A stretch of 61,688 nucleotides of DNA, the filler included, from Choristocarpus tenellus KU-1152 (lineage: Eukaryota; Protista; Phaeophyceae): the NCBI GenBank assembly GCA_964200185.2. It is 11 parts of 11 records of this genome, joined end to end, with 100 filler letters (N's around TTAATTAATTAA, not from the genome) between each part and the next. Parts side by side here need not be neighbours in the genome. Positions count along the whole stretch, not along the records: positions 22,582 to 30,173 come from CAXNAD020005912.1; positions 30,274 to 37,011 come from CAXNAD020007463.1; 9 more parts are not named here. One strand, given 5' to 3'. How positions within the stretch are numbered: position 1 is the stretch's first letter; each line of letters starts with the position of its first letter. Positions 23,859 to 35,255 of the stretch are shown piece by piece. The notes below the pieces were generated by a model. The model had not been told where the DNA came from and did no database searches. It saw nothing but the letters and a program-made list of their open reading frames with translations. Made by a program: the position numbers and the translations under genes.

Positions 23859-24050
23859 GAATGGTTCGAATACCAGACAAAGTGCCCTGCAGGATGCGGT
23901 CACAAATGTGCACTAAATTTACCTGCTCCCCGTGTTAGAGGTCATTCGCAGGCCAGAGCACCACCAGAGCAGGCAGCACATTACCGCCATCACCTCCCGC
24001 AGTCACACCTACATCTGCAAGCCCACCACCACCACCACCACCACCACTAG
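23859..24050 (+). CDS. WDR24: Terminal exon of a GATOR2 WD40-RING subunit, most like WDR24/Sea2, with His-rich tail
   Basis: Acceptor TTTTGTACCCAG, then EWFEYQTKCPAGCGHKC (cf. WDR24 W....CPAGCGHLC), ending HHHHHHHH*. WDR59 is the alternative. Upstream exons not identified in the contig. Confidence 0.72.
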   Translation, partial: EWFEYQTKCPAGCGHKCALNLPAPRVRGHSQARAPPEQAAHYRHHLPQSHLHLQAHHHHHHHH

Positions 24051-25208
24051 TAATGGTAATAACAGATGTATTATGATTATTATGATTATTACTGGAGGAG
24101 GAGAACATCATGGTTTGGTTAAGGTCCTAGTGCTTGCTACATAGCGACAGATAGATATCACTTGAGGGGGGGGTACAACTAGTAGAAAAGATCCCAGTCA
24201 CTTGTTGCGTGGTTGAATGCAGTGCATTTGTTCTATTATTGCTTATACAAGGTCACGGGCAGGATTTGTTTAGTTTGAGGAGTTTTGCCAAGAAAGGCAA
24301 ATGAAGTGGTGTTCCATTCTATGATGGACAGCATTCTTGCATCAGAGTTGCCAAATTCAAGCTTCGTTTGTTTTCCCACCCTACTGATGAGGATTGTGAT
24401 GGTGTAGAGGGTTTTAATTATCTCCTTTACCTATTTTCATAAGTCTCTCAGCAGAATAGTAGTGGTGATCATAGTAGTTTATTCCATTTTATTAGGTATA
24501 CGCAGCACTTTCTCGACAACAGTGAATACATACACAAGTACACCGTAGGCATGTGGGGGCATGTCATTATTGGTGCCAGTAAGACATTATTGATAGGTGA
24601 ATATTTAGGAATTTTTGTGGTACTGCCTCTTCCCTCCACAGTCGCTTTGCTTCTCTCTCTCCATATGGCGAGTGAAGTTGTGGCGAAAGTTGTTTTCATG
24701 ATCGATACGTTTCTTGTTGACTTGTCATGTTTTTAGCACACGCTCAGTGTAGCACTCATATAGTTGTACGCGTATACATACATACGTGACCTCCTCGGCT
24801 GTGTATCTGTCGTCTTGCAATATTGGGGAAGTGCATGACTAACTGTAACAGGGGATGGTAAAATACAAGATGGTACTGGGATAGAGGATCCAGTCGGTTT
24901 TTGTGGTACGTACTGTTGATGCTGTAGACGGTGTTGGTACACATTGGTGTCGTGCTTTTCTGTATTCCTCAGCGCCTGCCGTAGATCTGGATAACTCCCA
25001 CGTGAATAAGATAATGTGTAAATTTTTGAAATAGTACCAACCTGGTCCGTCACACGGAAGTCGGTTTAATGATTGTAAGAGGTTTTCATTGAAAATTTAC
25101 GATAGATTACCAAACCGTTACACACCGACGAAAACAAAAACTTTCTCACACCAGTGGGATTGGAACGCCAAATACTCTAGACCTCACCTAACCCTTCTAA
25201 GGTGAGTA

Positions 25209-28053
25209 ATGGCGTCATTGCAGATTTCGATTGAGAGAACACGCAACCTTCTGGGTCCTATTGTTAAGGAGAGCCCAAAACTTACGGATCGATTGCTCGT
25301 TCGCCCACCTGTGGGTTTCTTGCAAGCCATCGTCATTTCGGTGGTGAGAGAGACAGGATTCGCCTCAGGCCTCTTCACTGAAGCAGAGCTCAGTCGCAAT
25401 GCACCGAAAGAAGACAAACTCACCTTCATCATCAAACTACTGAGCTGCGTAGTGCGCGCCACCAATGAGAATATCGTTTCTATAGTTAGTCCTGTCAAGG
25501 TAGGCATCACGAGGGCTACACATGCAGGGCGAGTGAGTAGAAACGCGTTTCTGCCCAGCAGGAGTCTGTCTACTACCGTGCGTTCTTGAGAAGTGTGTAC
25601 GGTACCAACTGTCCACTTGCACTGCCTAACATGATCTCCAGATCCTTGGTGGAGAGGAAGCTCCGGTGCTGGTCAATCTCTTGTTGCAAGCGCTTGCACA
25701 AGCAAGCAATGTTGGGAATAAACAGTCGGAGCAACTCGTGGAAGAAACATTGGCGTCCTTGGCTGATGACTACCAGCAAGGTTCTAGGCGAAGGAAATTC
25801 CTCAAGAAGTTCGTCGCAATCCTTAAAGGGGCAGTTGTTAGACGCCACTTTGCAAGAGAGTCGTCCACTTATACGCATCAACGTGATGCAAGCCCTAATT
25901 ATCAAATAGTGCGGGATCTCAAAGCGAATAACCACGAAGCAAATCCAGATGGTGAGATAGATGGGCACCTCGTAGGTAAGCACATCATTCCCCCTGAAGT
26001 TATGGAAGTCAATCCTTCTGATCGCGGTCAGCAAGTTCGTCTCCCTAGAGAGCAAAAGGCTAAGCCAAGTCAGGATAAACCGGCAGATGATGGCAATCTT
26101 TTACCTTTAGACAGCGCTACAGTTGGGGTTGACCAGTGCCCTACAGCTCTCCATCGAGATGTACAAGAATCACCTCAGCGAAGAAGGAGAGTAATGGAAG
26201 CGAAGCCACCAGGATGTGGTGGGTCGCTGACACCGTCACAGCTGGACAAAAGAGAGGATGAATTGAACAGGAGAGAGCAACGCATCAACAGGACAGCTGC
26301 ACTGCTACGCAAGGAAAGGAAGCGAATGAGAAAAGCTAACAAGAAGGAAGCAAAGAGACTTTTGCGGGAAGTTCAACAGGAGCTACAAAAGGTAATGTTA
26401 CCAATGCACCTGATCCTGCAGAATGGTGGACCGGAGTAGTGTAATACATCCTACAAGTAACACTCTCAACTGGAGAACCCTCTCATGGCTCGCTTCTGAG
26501 GGCCATCTGATTTGAAAATGTGATACATGGGTCGAAAAATAGAAATTCACAGGCACGTATAAGGTCGTTTATCTCAAACGTCAGTATCAGTCCAACCTGT
26601 TAGATGCGACACACATAGTAATCAAACCATCTCGACACCTTCTTCTGTTGTTCAAGGTGGAAAAAATGAAACAACAATATATAAGGGGTGCAAGGAAGAG
26701 AAAAGTTATTTCTCATCCAAACCCTCCAAATGGTGAGACCATCCAAGAAGATACAATGAAGAGCCGAAAGCCCAGCACACAATTCGTCAAACCATGTCCA
26801 GAAGAAAATGCAGAGAAAGAGCCGCAGTCCTATGGAAAGACTATAGGGTTGGTTGGGGTATGGCCCAAACATGAAAATGCGGAAGACTTGGTGAGAATGT
26901 ATCAGAGGAGCTTCAACAGGGCATACTTGACAAGTTCACACAGCGGCAGGTAAGTAGGAATAGCACAGAAAATCGTGCGAGTTTTAATCAATCGTAATTC
27001 CTCACAATGGAATATTGTGATTATGACTCGGAAAATTGTGTGTTTTATTGTTGTAAAACCCAGCAGCACATAATATGGGGTCCTGACTATCCCTGTTTGC
27101 CCATTGTTGTCAAGAGAAATCTTTGCAAGCACAAGGGCACGATTGGGAGAATGTAACAACTAATGGACTTTGGATTAATAGGGTGCATTGAAGATATATA
27201 TACGAGATCTTGGATATTGTGCAGTGAGGATGGAGGTTAGGACGGCACACTGATTGGATTCTTTGGATTATGGGTTGTGTACCAGTCAACGACAAAATCT
27301 GCACATGTTATAATCGCTCATGCATGAGAAGGTTTTGAATGTGGATTGGATATGTACCCCTTGTTTTACTACCTGGAACACACTCTTTGGACTGAAGCAA
27401 TCACCACTTGGCATTACTTGTTGGTCACTTGCAAATCATTAACCATGGAATGAGCATACGACGATTTGGAATAGTTTCAAAGTCTCCAGGGAAAAATGAA
27501 AACAAAATGTCAAGATCTGTACAGCAGAGTTTCCCAAAGTAGAGCTGAAGGACTTATTTTGAATATGTGTATTTGTTCAAACTATCCCCTCAAAGTGCAT
27601 TAGCTCTATTCATCAAAACATATATTTCAGGTGAGAAAGGCATACTTTGCCGCCAAAGAAAATCCATGTCAAGTTGGGGATGAAATTTTGAACATTAGCC
27701 ATGTCAGAGTCACGATGAACACTTAGAAATAAAAGAGCATAATACTGCAGAAGGTATGCACTATCAAGGACCTCTTCCTTGAGCTCCTTCACTGTACTCT
27801 TGGTCATTTTATGCATGCTCTTTTACGATAAAACTCCCAAAAAATATTTTTTCAAATATTTTTTACTTGCCACTAGTGTTGGTTTCCCATTGGGCCAAGA
27901 GATTCCCTTGCGATTCACACTCCCATTGACCCCCCTTCTGCCTTCCTTTGATTCATTTTCCCAGGAGTTTCCTCCACATACATGTAAAAGTAATACTGCA
28001 GACTTGGACTCCAAAAACTTCATACGAACATCAGAATGCACCAATGTTAACCT

Positions 28054-28109
<56 letters not shown>

Positions 28110-28972
28110 ACATTAGGGAGCATGTGGATGAAGTAGCACCATCAGCCACAGTGTCATGGATTGCACGACCAGAGTTGCCCTCCATCTCATCACACTTTCT
28201 GAAGAAATATTCAAAGGGCAAAGGCCAGCCAATGCCAGACCTTAAACTGCTTCTAGGGCAAGAATCTCTTCCCAGTAGGTACAACTCAGTCCAAAAAAAT
28301 GGCTCTAGAGAGAACATGGCTGAAATTGCAGGCAAAATGCGAAAAAGAAGGCATCATCTCCAATCCCCAACCATGCCAGCCTTAACCCTGCCGAAGGAAC
28401 CCAGTGCTCAAGCAGCAGCACCACGGGGCAGAAACCTTTCTCAGCAGAAAGTTAAAATCAACCAACTTACAGATAATGACACACACCAGCTCTATTCAGC
28501 ACTCGCATTGCTGGAAGAGAACCTCCGCAAGAAGCACACACGCCTCCAGGATTGTCTTGGCTTGTATATGAGGGGTAAGTACGGAGTATCCAACAACATA
28601 CATAGCAACGAGCATACCATGTCGCTGCTGGATCTCCATCAAGCTCTGGTGAAGACAAACGTTCTACCATCAAAAGAGGTGTCGATCATTTGCGACTATA
28701 TGGGCAGTAAGTCATTCAACAGCAGTGGTGGGGTCGATGTACAGCTCATGGCAAAAGAAATGAGACGGGGAATCCAAATCCAGAAATGCTCTGCACCGAT
28801 CAAATCAGAAGAGCCTGTTGGGGAGGCGAGGGGGGTAGGGGGAGGTACAAAAACGGTGTCACCTCCACAACAACTCGAATGGAGTCCACGGCTGAACCGT
28901 TGGATAGATATGTTTGATTCGATGTTCAGCAAAGCTCTTTCTGACATGGACATGGTTACTACAAGGAGCTAG
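25209..28972 (+). CDS. TRAF3IP1/IFT54 N-terminal (CH-like) domain protein with coiled coil and unrelated C-terminus, ~729 aa
   Basis: Exons 25209-25499, 25642-26391, 26657-26949 and 28117-28972 (2190 nt, all GT-AG, phases 0, 0, 2). N-terminal PKLTDRLLVRPPVGFLQAIV..V..ETGF..GLFTEAEL...KEDKLTFIIKLL..V.....SPVKILGGEE...NLLLQAL is a MIP-T3 N-domain pattern. The last exon is joined on phase evidence only. Confidence 0.8.
28058..28106. repeat. (GT)n microsatellite immediately upstream of a splice acceptor
   Basis: About 24 TG/GT units followed by TTTACATTAG|G. Confidence 0.95.
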
Positions 28973-29299
28973 TTGTTTGTACTATAAAGTACGTCGGGGC
29001 AAATTGATTCAGAATATGTGTGCTACCTGTTGGGTCCTGCCTGGTAAAGGAGCTCTATAGTCGGCAACAACTGTACTTTTAACTTCTCTTCCATTGTTGT
29101 CGCCTTCCGTATCTCATATGGTGGGGGACAATGACAAAGCATGAAAAAAATGAGGGATAAATTGTGATTTCACTGGGGATGGTACTCGCAGAGACATTCA
29201 CTGTTACCAGTCTGACTAATTCACCGTCCATCATGTCAAAGTTTCTGCAAATGACGATATCAACTGACACCACAACACAAGACATGAGTAGTACCCTTG

Positions 29300-30067
29300 G
29301 AGCTACATGATTATTTTACATGTTAAACTTGAAGAATTTATGTTCATCAATCCTAGGCATAATGACGTAAAAACTATATTGCAGTGGTACAGTCACTGAT
29401 GTCTCGTCCTGTTAATGTTTGAAATCACCACTCTTTTTCCAATTAGAAGTGTAGAAACAAGAACCTTTCCTACCCTCTCTTTCATCCGCCGTTTACCTAC
29501 AATCTGGGCACTTGTCAACATATAGAATGATGCATGGACCATAGCACTTCTGTAGAGATGAAAAACACATTATACTGGATTCCATGAATAGACACACTAG
29601 AAGTCATTCTAAAAATGAGCAGCAATGCTCCAAGGGAAGATAGGTGAAATAAATATAAGCACCACGGCAATTATCAAAGTTGGGTACCATACTGGGGCTG
29701 CTGGAGCACAGTAGCTGCTAGTAGTAGTACACCAAGTAGTCCGAGGCACTACACACTGCACAATTGATGTTAATAGTAGAGGAACAGCCCCCATTACCTA
29801 TTGAGTCACAAAGGATACTCCTACTACCTAGCCAATCAGTTACCCCTGGGGAACTCCTTTGAGTCCCCTACAATCGAGTGTCTAGAAACCTCATGCAAAA
29901 AACGCAGTCCTCCATCCCATTCCCCAAAACACTTTGTAAGATATGGAAAGCTCCTTATCCCCTTCGCAAATATATTAGTACTAAGACTAGATGCAAAGTG
30001 GTGAATACCTCCAACGGTTTTCAGACATCCCTCCCACCTGTTGCACAACAATACTTGACGGATATTG
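29300..30067 (-). pseudogene. Decayed Ty1/Copia pol remnant
   Basis: Minus-strand fragments in Copia order: RSFPYLTKCFGEW.GGLRF (integrase tail), SYCAPAAPV..TLIIAV (TFAPV), IILYVDK (LYVDD). Confidence 0.45.
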
Positions 30068-30068
30068 A

Positions 30069-30173
30069 GACCTAAAGTATCTGGGGGGGAGGGGGGCGAT
30101 CTATACCAAGGTGTCCATTTGGACCATAACCAGGAAAAGTGCGCTTGCATTATGGGTCAAAGTATCTGGGGGG
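30069..30173. mobile_element. MITE family A (reverse) with a second family A terminus nested at 30154, cut by the contig end
   Basis: GACCTAAAGTATCTGGGGGG...GTGTCCATTTGGACCATAACCAGGAAAAGTGC, then GGGTCAAAGTATCTGGGGGG. Confidence 0.85.
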
Positions 30174-30573
30174 NNNNNNNNNNNNNNNNNNNNNNNNNNN
30201 NNNNNNNNNNNNNNNNNTTAATTAATTAANNNNNNNNNNNNNNNNNNNNNNNNNNNNNNNNNNNNNNNNNNNNAGGAGGTCTGGGGGGGGGGAGGGGGGT
30301 CTGTAAGCGAATGGCCTGAAGCAAGATCTTGAGGATTTAGTCCTCTCCCCCCCCTCCCTTGTTTTCTGAGAGCTGTGCTGGCTGTGTTATCCTTCTTGGT
30401 TCTCTGACGGTGTGGGACAATGACCATGACCTCGTTGAGTGTTTACATTAGTTGGAGTCGGAGTCGATAATTTTTTTGGCACGCCTCCGGTGTAGGGGGT
30501 AAGTAGTACATGCTGTGCTGTGCTTGCATGCGTTTTATTATGAGTGTGCAAGGCGTTGTCGTTGTCAGTCATA

Positions 30574-30590
30574 GTTGTTGGTGTTGTTGG

Positions 30591-30630
<40 letters not shown>
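30574..30630. repeat. (GTT)n microsatellite within a G/T-skewed low-complexity region (30274-31700)
   Basis: Direct reading. Also (GT)n at ~30814-30836. Confidence 0.9.
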
Positions 30631-32674
30631 ATATGAAGAGCGGCGAAAAGGAGGGAGCAGTTGGGGGTTGTGAGGGAGAACGATTGATTGGCTCTTGATT
30701 TGATTTGATGACGAGACTGTGGCAACAAGGAGGAAGGAAGGATATATATATTTTTTTCCTTCAAAAAGGAGAAGAAAAAAAGAAAAGGTGCTATTAATGC
30801 ACCCAACTTTGGAGTGTGTGTGTGTGTGTGTGTGTGGATGGGGTTGAAGAAGCAAGCCTTTCCTTCTGGTCTTTTTAGGGAGAATGTACGCTGAGGGGGA
30901 GGGGGGGGGGATAAGGAGCTGTACAGTACCGGTACCCCTGGGAGAGCTAGCTGTGGAAGAACGGCTTGCTTGGTGATCGGTTTTTTGTTGTGTGCATGGC
31001 TTAACAGCGATAACGCAGTTTTTTTGTGATGAGGTGGTGGTTGAGAAGAGAGGAGAGAGGAGAGAGGAGGGAATTTGACTGCTTTGCTGTTCCTTCACTG
31101 TCTGTTAGCTCTGTCTTGCTCTCTCTCTCCCCCCTTTTTTTTCTTTGTTGAACTGTGTGTGAGAGTTGTTGTTGATGTGTTGTCTTTTTTGCTATAGCTG
31201 TTGAGTGTTGTTGTTGAGGAAATGAGTAAGTGCCCACTAGCTGTGTGTATCTGCCATGCTTGTTGTGTATCTTCTGTTGGTGTTGTGTGCTTTGGGTGTG
31301 AGGAGGTAGGTGGGTGTTTTGCTGATGGTTTTGGTTGTTGCTTGTCTTGTGATCTGATCCGTCTTCCTTTCTGCAGGCTTAACTGCTTACGGCAGGTAGC
31401 TGCTTGGCGCATGCTTGTTCTTTCTTGATTGTCTTTTGTGTGTGCTGCTTTGGGGGTGGTGATGAAGGCAGTGGTAGGTTTTCGTCCCTGTATGAGACAG
31501 GAGGGTAGGTGTGGGGTTTGGAAAATGAATTAAGAAGAGTGAATCAAAGGTCGAGTGGGCGTTGGGTAAGGTTGTGGGGATGGGTGGGGGGTTGCTCACC
31601 TACTACTTTCACTAGGTGAAGGAGGAGATGTGAGACTGAGAGAAGTGACTTAAGGATAAATTGTGGAAAAGGTGTGTGGTTTGTTATGTGCGCTGAGGCA
31701 AGCAAGGTATGCTATGACTCGAGCTGTTTTGGGCATGGTCTGTTGCTCTGGAGATTCTCCTTCTGGTTGGTTTCTAGGTGTTGTGCTGGATCAATAGGGT
31801 AAAATTCACTTTCATGCTCCCTTCCTTTAGACTACTTACAACTACTTGAGAGTACTTGCAAACAGGAAATAATGAAAGGCGATTTTTCGGTTTCTTGCAC
31901 TGTTGGTAGAAAACGATAATACGTATAGTGATGATATACGTCGTATATATTATAGTAGTAGTAATAATGAGTTCGATATGGGTTGAGTACTAATTGCGTG
32001 ATGAGAGCGACTGGGCGACAAGTAGTAGGTGATACATGTTAGTGGTAACCACAGTAACGGGCAACTTGGTTCCGTGGATGGGTGCTTTTTCTGTAGATGA
32101 AATATCTTTGCTGTTGGCCATTGCAGACATTTCTTGCATGATAGTAATTGAAGTTTGCTACGTAACACATTTTACCAGGCAGGAGGAGTATCAAGGGTGG
32201 CTCTGCACCCCTCAGACTGCATGTTGCATGCATGCAAGAAGTTTTACACCCACCCACACTCACAAAATCTACTGTTGTTACTACTATATATTTGGAGAGG
32301 TTATATAATGATTATGACTGTCGTAATGACGGAGTAGATAGATCTCTCCATGAATGTTTTTTACTGCTCCTAGTTTTCATAATATCTTGCTCACTATGAT
32401 ATGTTTAGTATGAAATACACAACAATAATAATAAGGGACAGAGATGAGACACCCTACTTCAAGGAACCTGACGTTCTCTGCTTTCATGCAATCCATGTAA
32501 TATTGGGCAGTGGATTTTTTGTGTGTGTCAAAGACCATTTTTTAGAGGCATATGGAAACGATGTTGCAATACCTGGCATGCCTTCCTAGTTCAGAAGAAC
32601 CACTGTGCTTTTAGATAAGGATCTAGTCATGCTATGACTTCAAACTATTCTGATGTAACTGAGAAAATAGTGTA

Positions 32675-34712
32675 CTACCTCTGTGCCCTAAGATTGTGCC
32701 TGGAAACATCTAGGCTTGCCGAGTGGGAACGGCGCCGAATTGGACGATAACCCCACAGAATGGAATCGGGTTGACAATCTCAGCTTTCAGAAAAGGTGGG
32801 GGTCGAGGATCATCAGGTACAAACTCGAGGTGCTTCAAGCCGACAAAATAGGGGTCATTTGGAGTGATTTTGAGGCCAGAACTACTGGGCACGTCGAGGG
32901 TCAGAACGTCAGCATGGCAACCCCCCCATTGATCCCCCCGCATAATAGGAAGGGTGCCAAAGTGTCCCCGAATACCAGGGTTGCGCTTGCAGTGCTCCAC
33001 GCCATTATGATGCTCCCTGGTGAGCATGAACTGCCGTGACATATTGGGCCAGCCCTCGCAGCGGAGTTTGGAGTGTCCGAGCGTTATATGCGAGGGCTTT
33101 GGGAGGACATTGCCGATCAGCTCGGCCATGGCCACCCGTTTGACCTAGGGGTGGCAACAAGTAGTGGGCGGCCTTCGGAGCCCAGACCGATCAAGATGGT
33201 CGCAATACATATTATCAACTCCGATAATCGGCCATCCACAGTGCGTCAGGTGACGATGAAGATGGCTGCCAAGGGGCTGAGTTATAGCTTGAGCACCATA
33301 AACAGGTGGATGATATTGGTGTTGAAATATTCCACACTGGACCTGCAGGCTGTGTGCCTTGATAGAGGACACTGAATAGCTTGATGTAGATACGCAATAT
33401 TAATGTTACAATAGGCTTGTGGTCTCAATTCCGTTGACTGGACTGGTGGGGGGTGAGACACGCCTAGACTACCATTACTATTCCAATAATGTGGGGTTTG
33501 CGATCGTCCACACTAATTTACTATGAATCACTTATTTACTTGTCTTCAATATAGCAAGTGTATCTTGAACATGACACAAATCAATGAACACTAGTGAGTC
33601 AACACATACGGCGTATCTATCACTGGCTCTCCATCCTATTATCTAATCCACCGGTGGTGTCTGTAGTGTATCGACAGCACTATTCATGAACAATGGGGCC
33701 ATGCCGAATCGCCACTGGATCAAAGCCAAGCTTAAATCGTGGTAAAAGGTACAGAGAATGGACTTTATTTGCGATCAAGGGGACCAAAAACGTGGTGTGT
33801 ACGCCTCGTGATGACTGATGGGGAAAGGATTAGGGTATTTCCGCATGAGGATGATAGCGACCTTCCAGGGTCCCCTACTGTGCAGCACAAGAGTCATATC
33901 CCCCAAACCATGCTCATTGCAGCCAACACCCGCCCAGATTCAGCTCACAGCTTTAATGGAAAGCTTGGTGTTTGGCACGTATGTGCGCCAAAAACGACAG
34001 GCAGGAGAAGCAAGAACTATAAAAGGGGGATGTGATGTGTATGAGCAGGACTGTACTTTAGACCATTTGTGGTAGAGGAAGTGGTACGCGGAGGAGTTAC
34101 TGCCTGCAATCAAGACCAAGATGCCTTGGTTGCAGGGGAAGCACGTTATCGTCCAGCAAGATGGTGCCACCCCCCACACAGGCAAGGGCAACTCAGAAAT
34201 CTGGTCAGGTGTAGGGAAGTCGGAGGGGTCGATTAGGCTTGTGATGCAGTCATCTAACTCCCCCGACCTCAATATCATGGACCTGTGCTTCTTCAGGTCT
34301 TTGAAATGCCTGATGTGGGAGGGGATTGGGTTCATCAAGGAGATGGTGAAGGTCATTAAGAAACAGTATGAGTATGATGAAACCAGACTTGAGAGGGCTT
34401 GGCAGCTCCTTTTTGTGGTATACAATCAAGTACTTAGATATGAAGGGGGGAATGACTTCAGTGTGGAGCACACATGGGTAAGGAAGAGGCAGTTGTCTGG
34501 TGATCTTGAAAACACGCCGAAGGTAGACATGGAGTCTTTTCTGTGGCTGATAAAATTGTGATAGATGGAGAGTAATAAAAGTAATAAAAATAATAAGAGC
34601 TGACCTTAGCCCTAAATTCGTCAAGGATTCCAAATCTTCCTTCAGAAATGAGTTTTATCAATATCTTCAAAAGTTACGGGCAACACAGCACAGACTTATG
34701 ACAAGGAGGTGG
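32675..34712 (+). mobile_element. DD39D mariner-like (IS630-Tc1-mariner) element, 2038 bp, full-length but decayed
   Basis: TA flanks (32673-32674, 34713-34714). TIRs CTACCTCTGTGCCCTAAGATTGTGC / GCACAGACTTATGACAAGGAGGTGG (18/25 complementary). Internal transposase relic. Confidence 0.85.
32940..34561 (+). pseudogene. DD39D transposase pseudogene
   Basis: HTH (ALAAEFGVSERYMRGLW; SLSTINRW), HKSHIPQTMLIAANTRP..FNGKLGVW...RRSKNYKRG, ELLPAIKTKMPW, and QQD-(39 aa)-D in SPDLNIMDLCFFRSLK. Contains stops and frameshifts. Confidence 0.88.
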
Positions 34713-35078
34713 TAGGTAAGTACCTCTTGTTTGGCTTGACTCTGAACATCAAGCACATACCATGAAACACAAATACAACCGAGGACATCCTTGCTCTGGG
34801 CAACTAAGTCACAGAAGACAATTATTTCTGTACTTTTGAAATAGGAAGCAAGTGCTCATTGACTGACCGTCACCAGAAACTTGTAATGACTTAAGTGCAT
34901 GGAGGGCAGCTTATGGCACTGTTTCACACTTGAATCAGTACAAGGGGTATCACCCATAGGTGCCCAATCACACAACACCAGTCTGGCTGGCCCTAGTCAC
35001 ACCTGCTGATCCAATCTGGAACTGGTGTTCCTAGGTCAAGTCCAAGCAGTAGAATAGAGAACTGAGCATCGGAGCATT

Positions 35079-35255
35079 GACCCAAAGGATATGGGGGGGG
35101 GGGGTATTCTACACCAGGGTGTCCATTCGGACCATAACCAGGAAAGGTGCAGTTACATATCCATTCGAAATATGCAATCAAATAACACAAAAATCGCGAC
35201 ATGAAAAAATGGACCCCAAATGGGCAGCCGCCACACCCCCCAGATGCTTTGAGCC
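35079..35255 (-). mobile_element. MITE family A, full copy (177 bp), TSD ATT
   Basis: ATT|GACCCAAAGGATATGGGG ... CCCCAGATGCTTTGAGCC|ATT. Confidence 0.92.

Noticed and set aside
25150-25170. tRNA gene (minus-strand GTTCCAATCCCACTGGTG, B-box-like)
   Set aside because: No A box or cloverleaf can be built; at most a decayed fragment.
27779-28116. N-terminal part of the 397-aa ORF with a CVCVCV repeat
   Set aside because: This is intronic sequence plus a (GT)n microsatellite. The exon starts at the 28117 acceptor.
30274-31700. Poly-Cys/Thr/Asn ORFs
   Set aside because: They are translations of (GTT)n and G/T-skewed, probably error-rich sequence with no protein signature.
32675-34712. Fanzor/TnpB cargo in the IS630-Tc1-mariner element
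   Set aside because: The transposase fills the space between the TIRs. No RuvC or CxxC zinc-ribbon pattern was seen here or elsewhere in the window.
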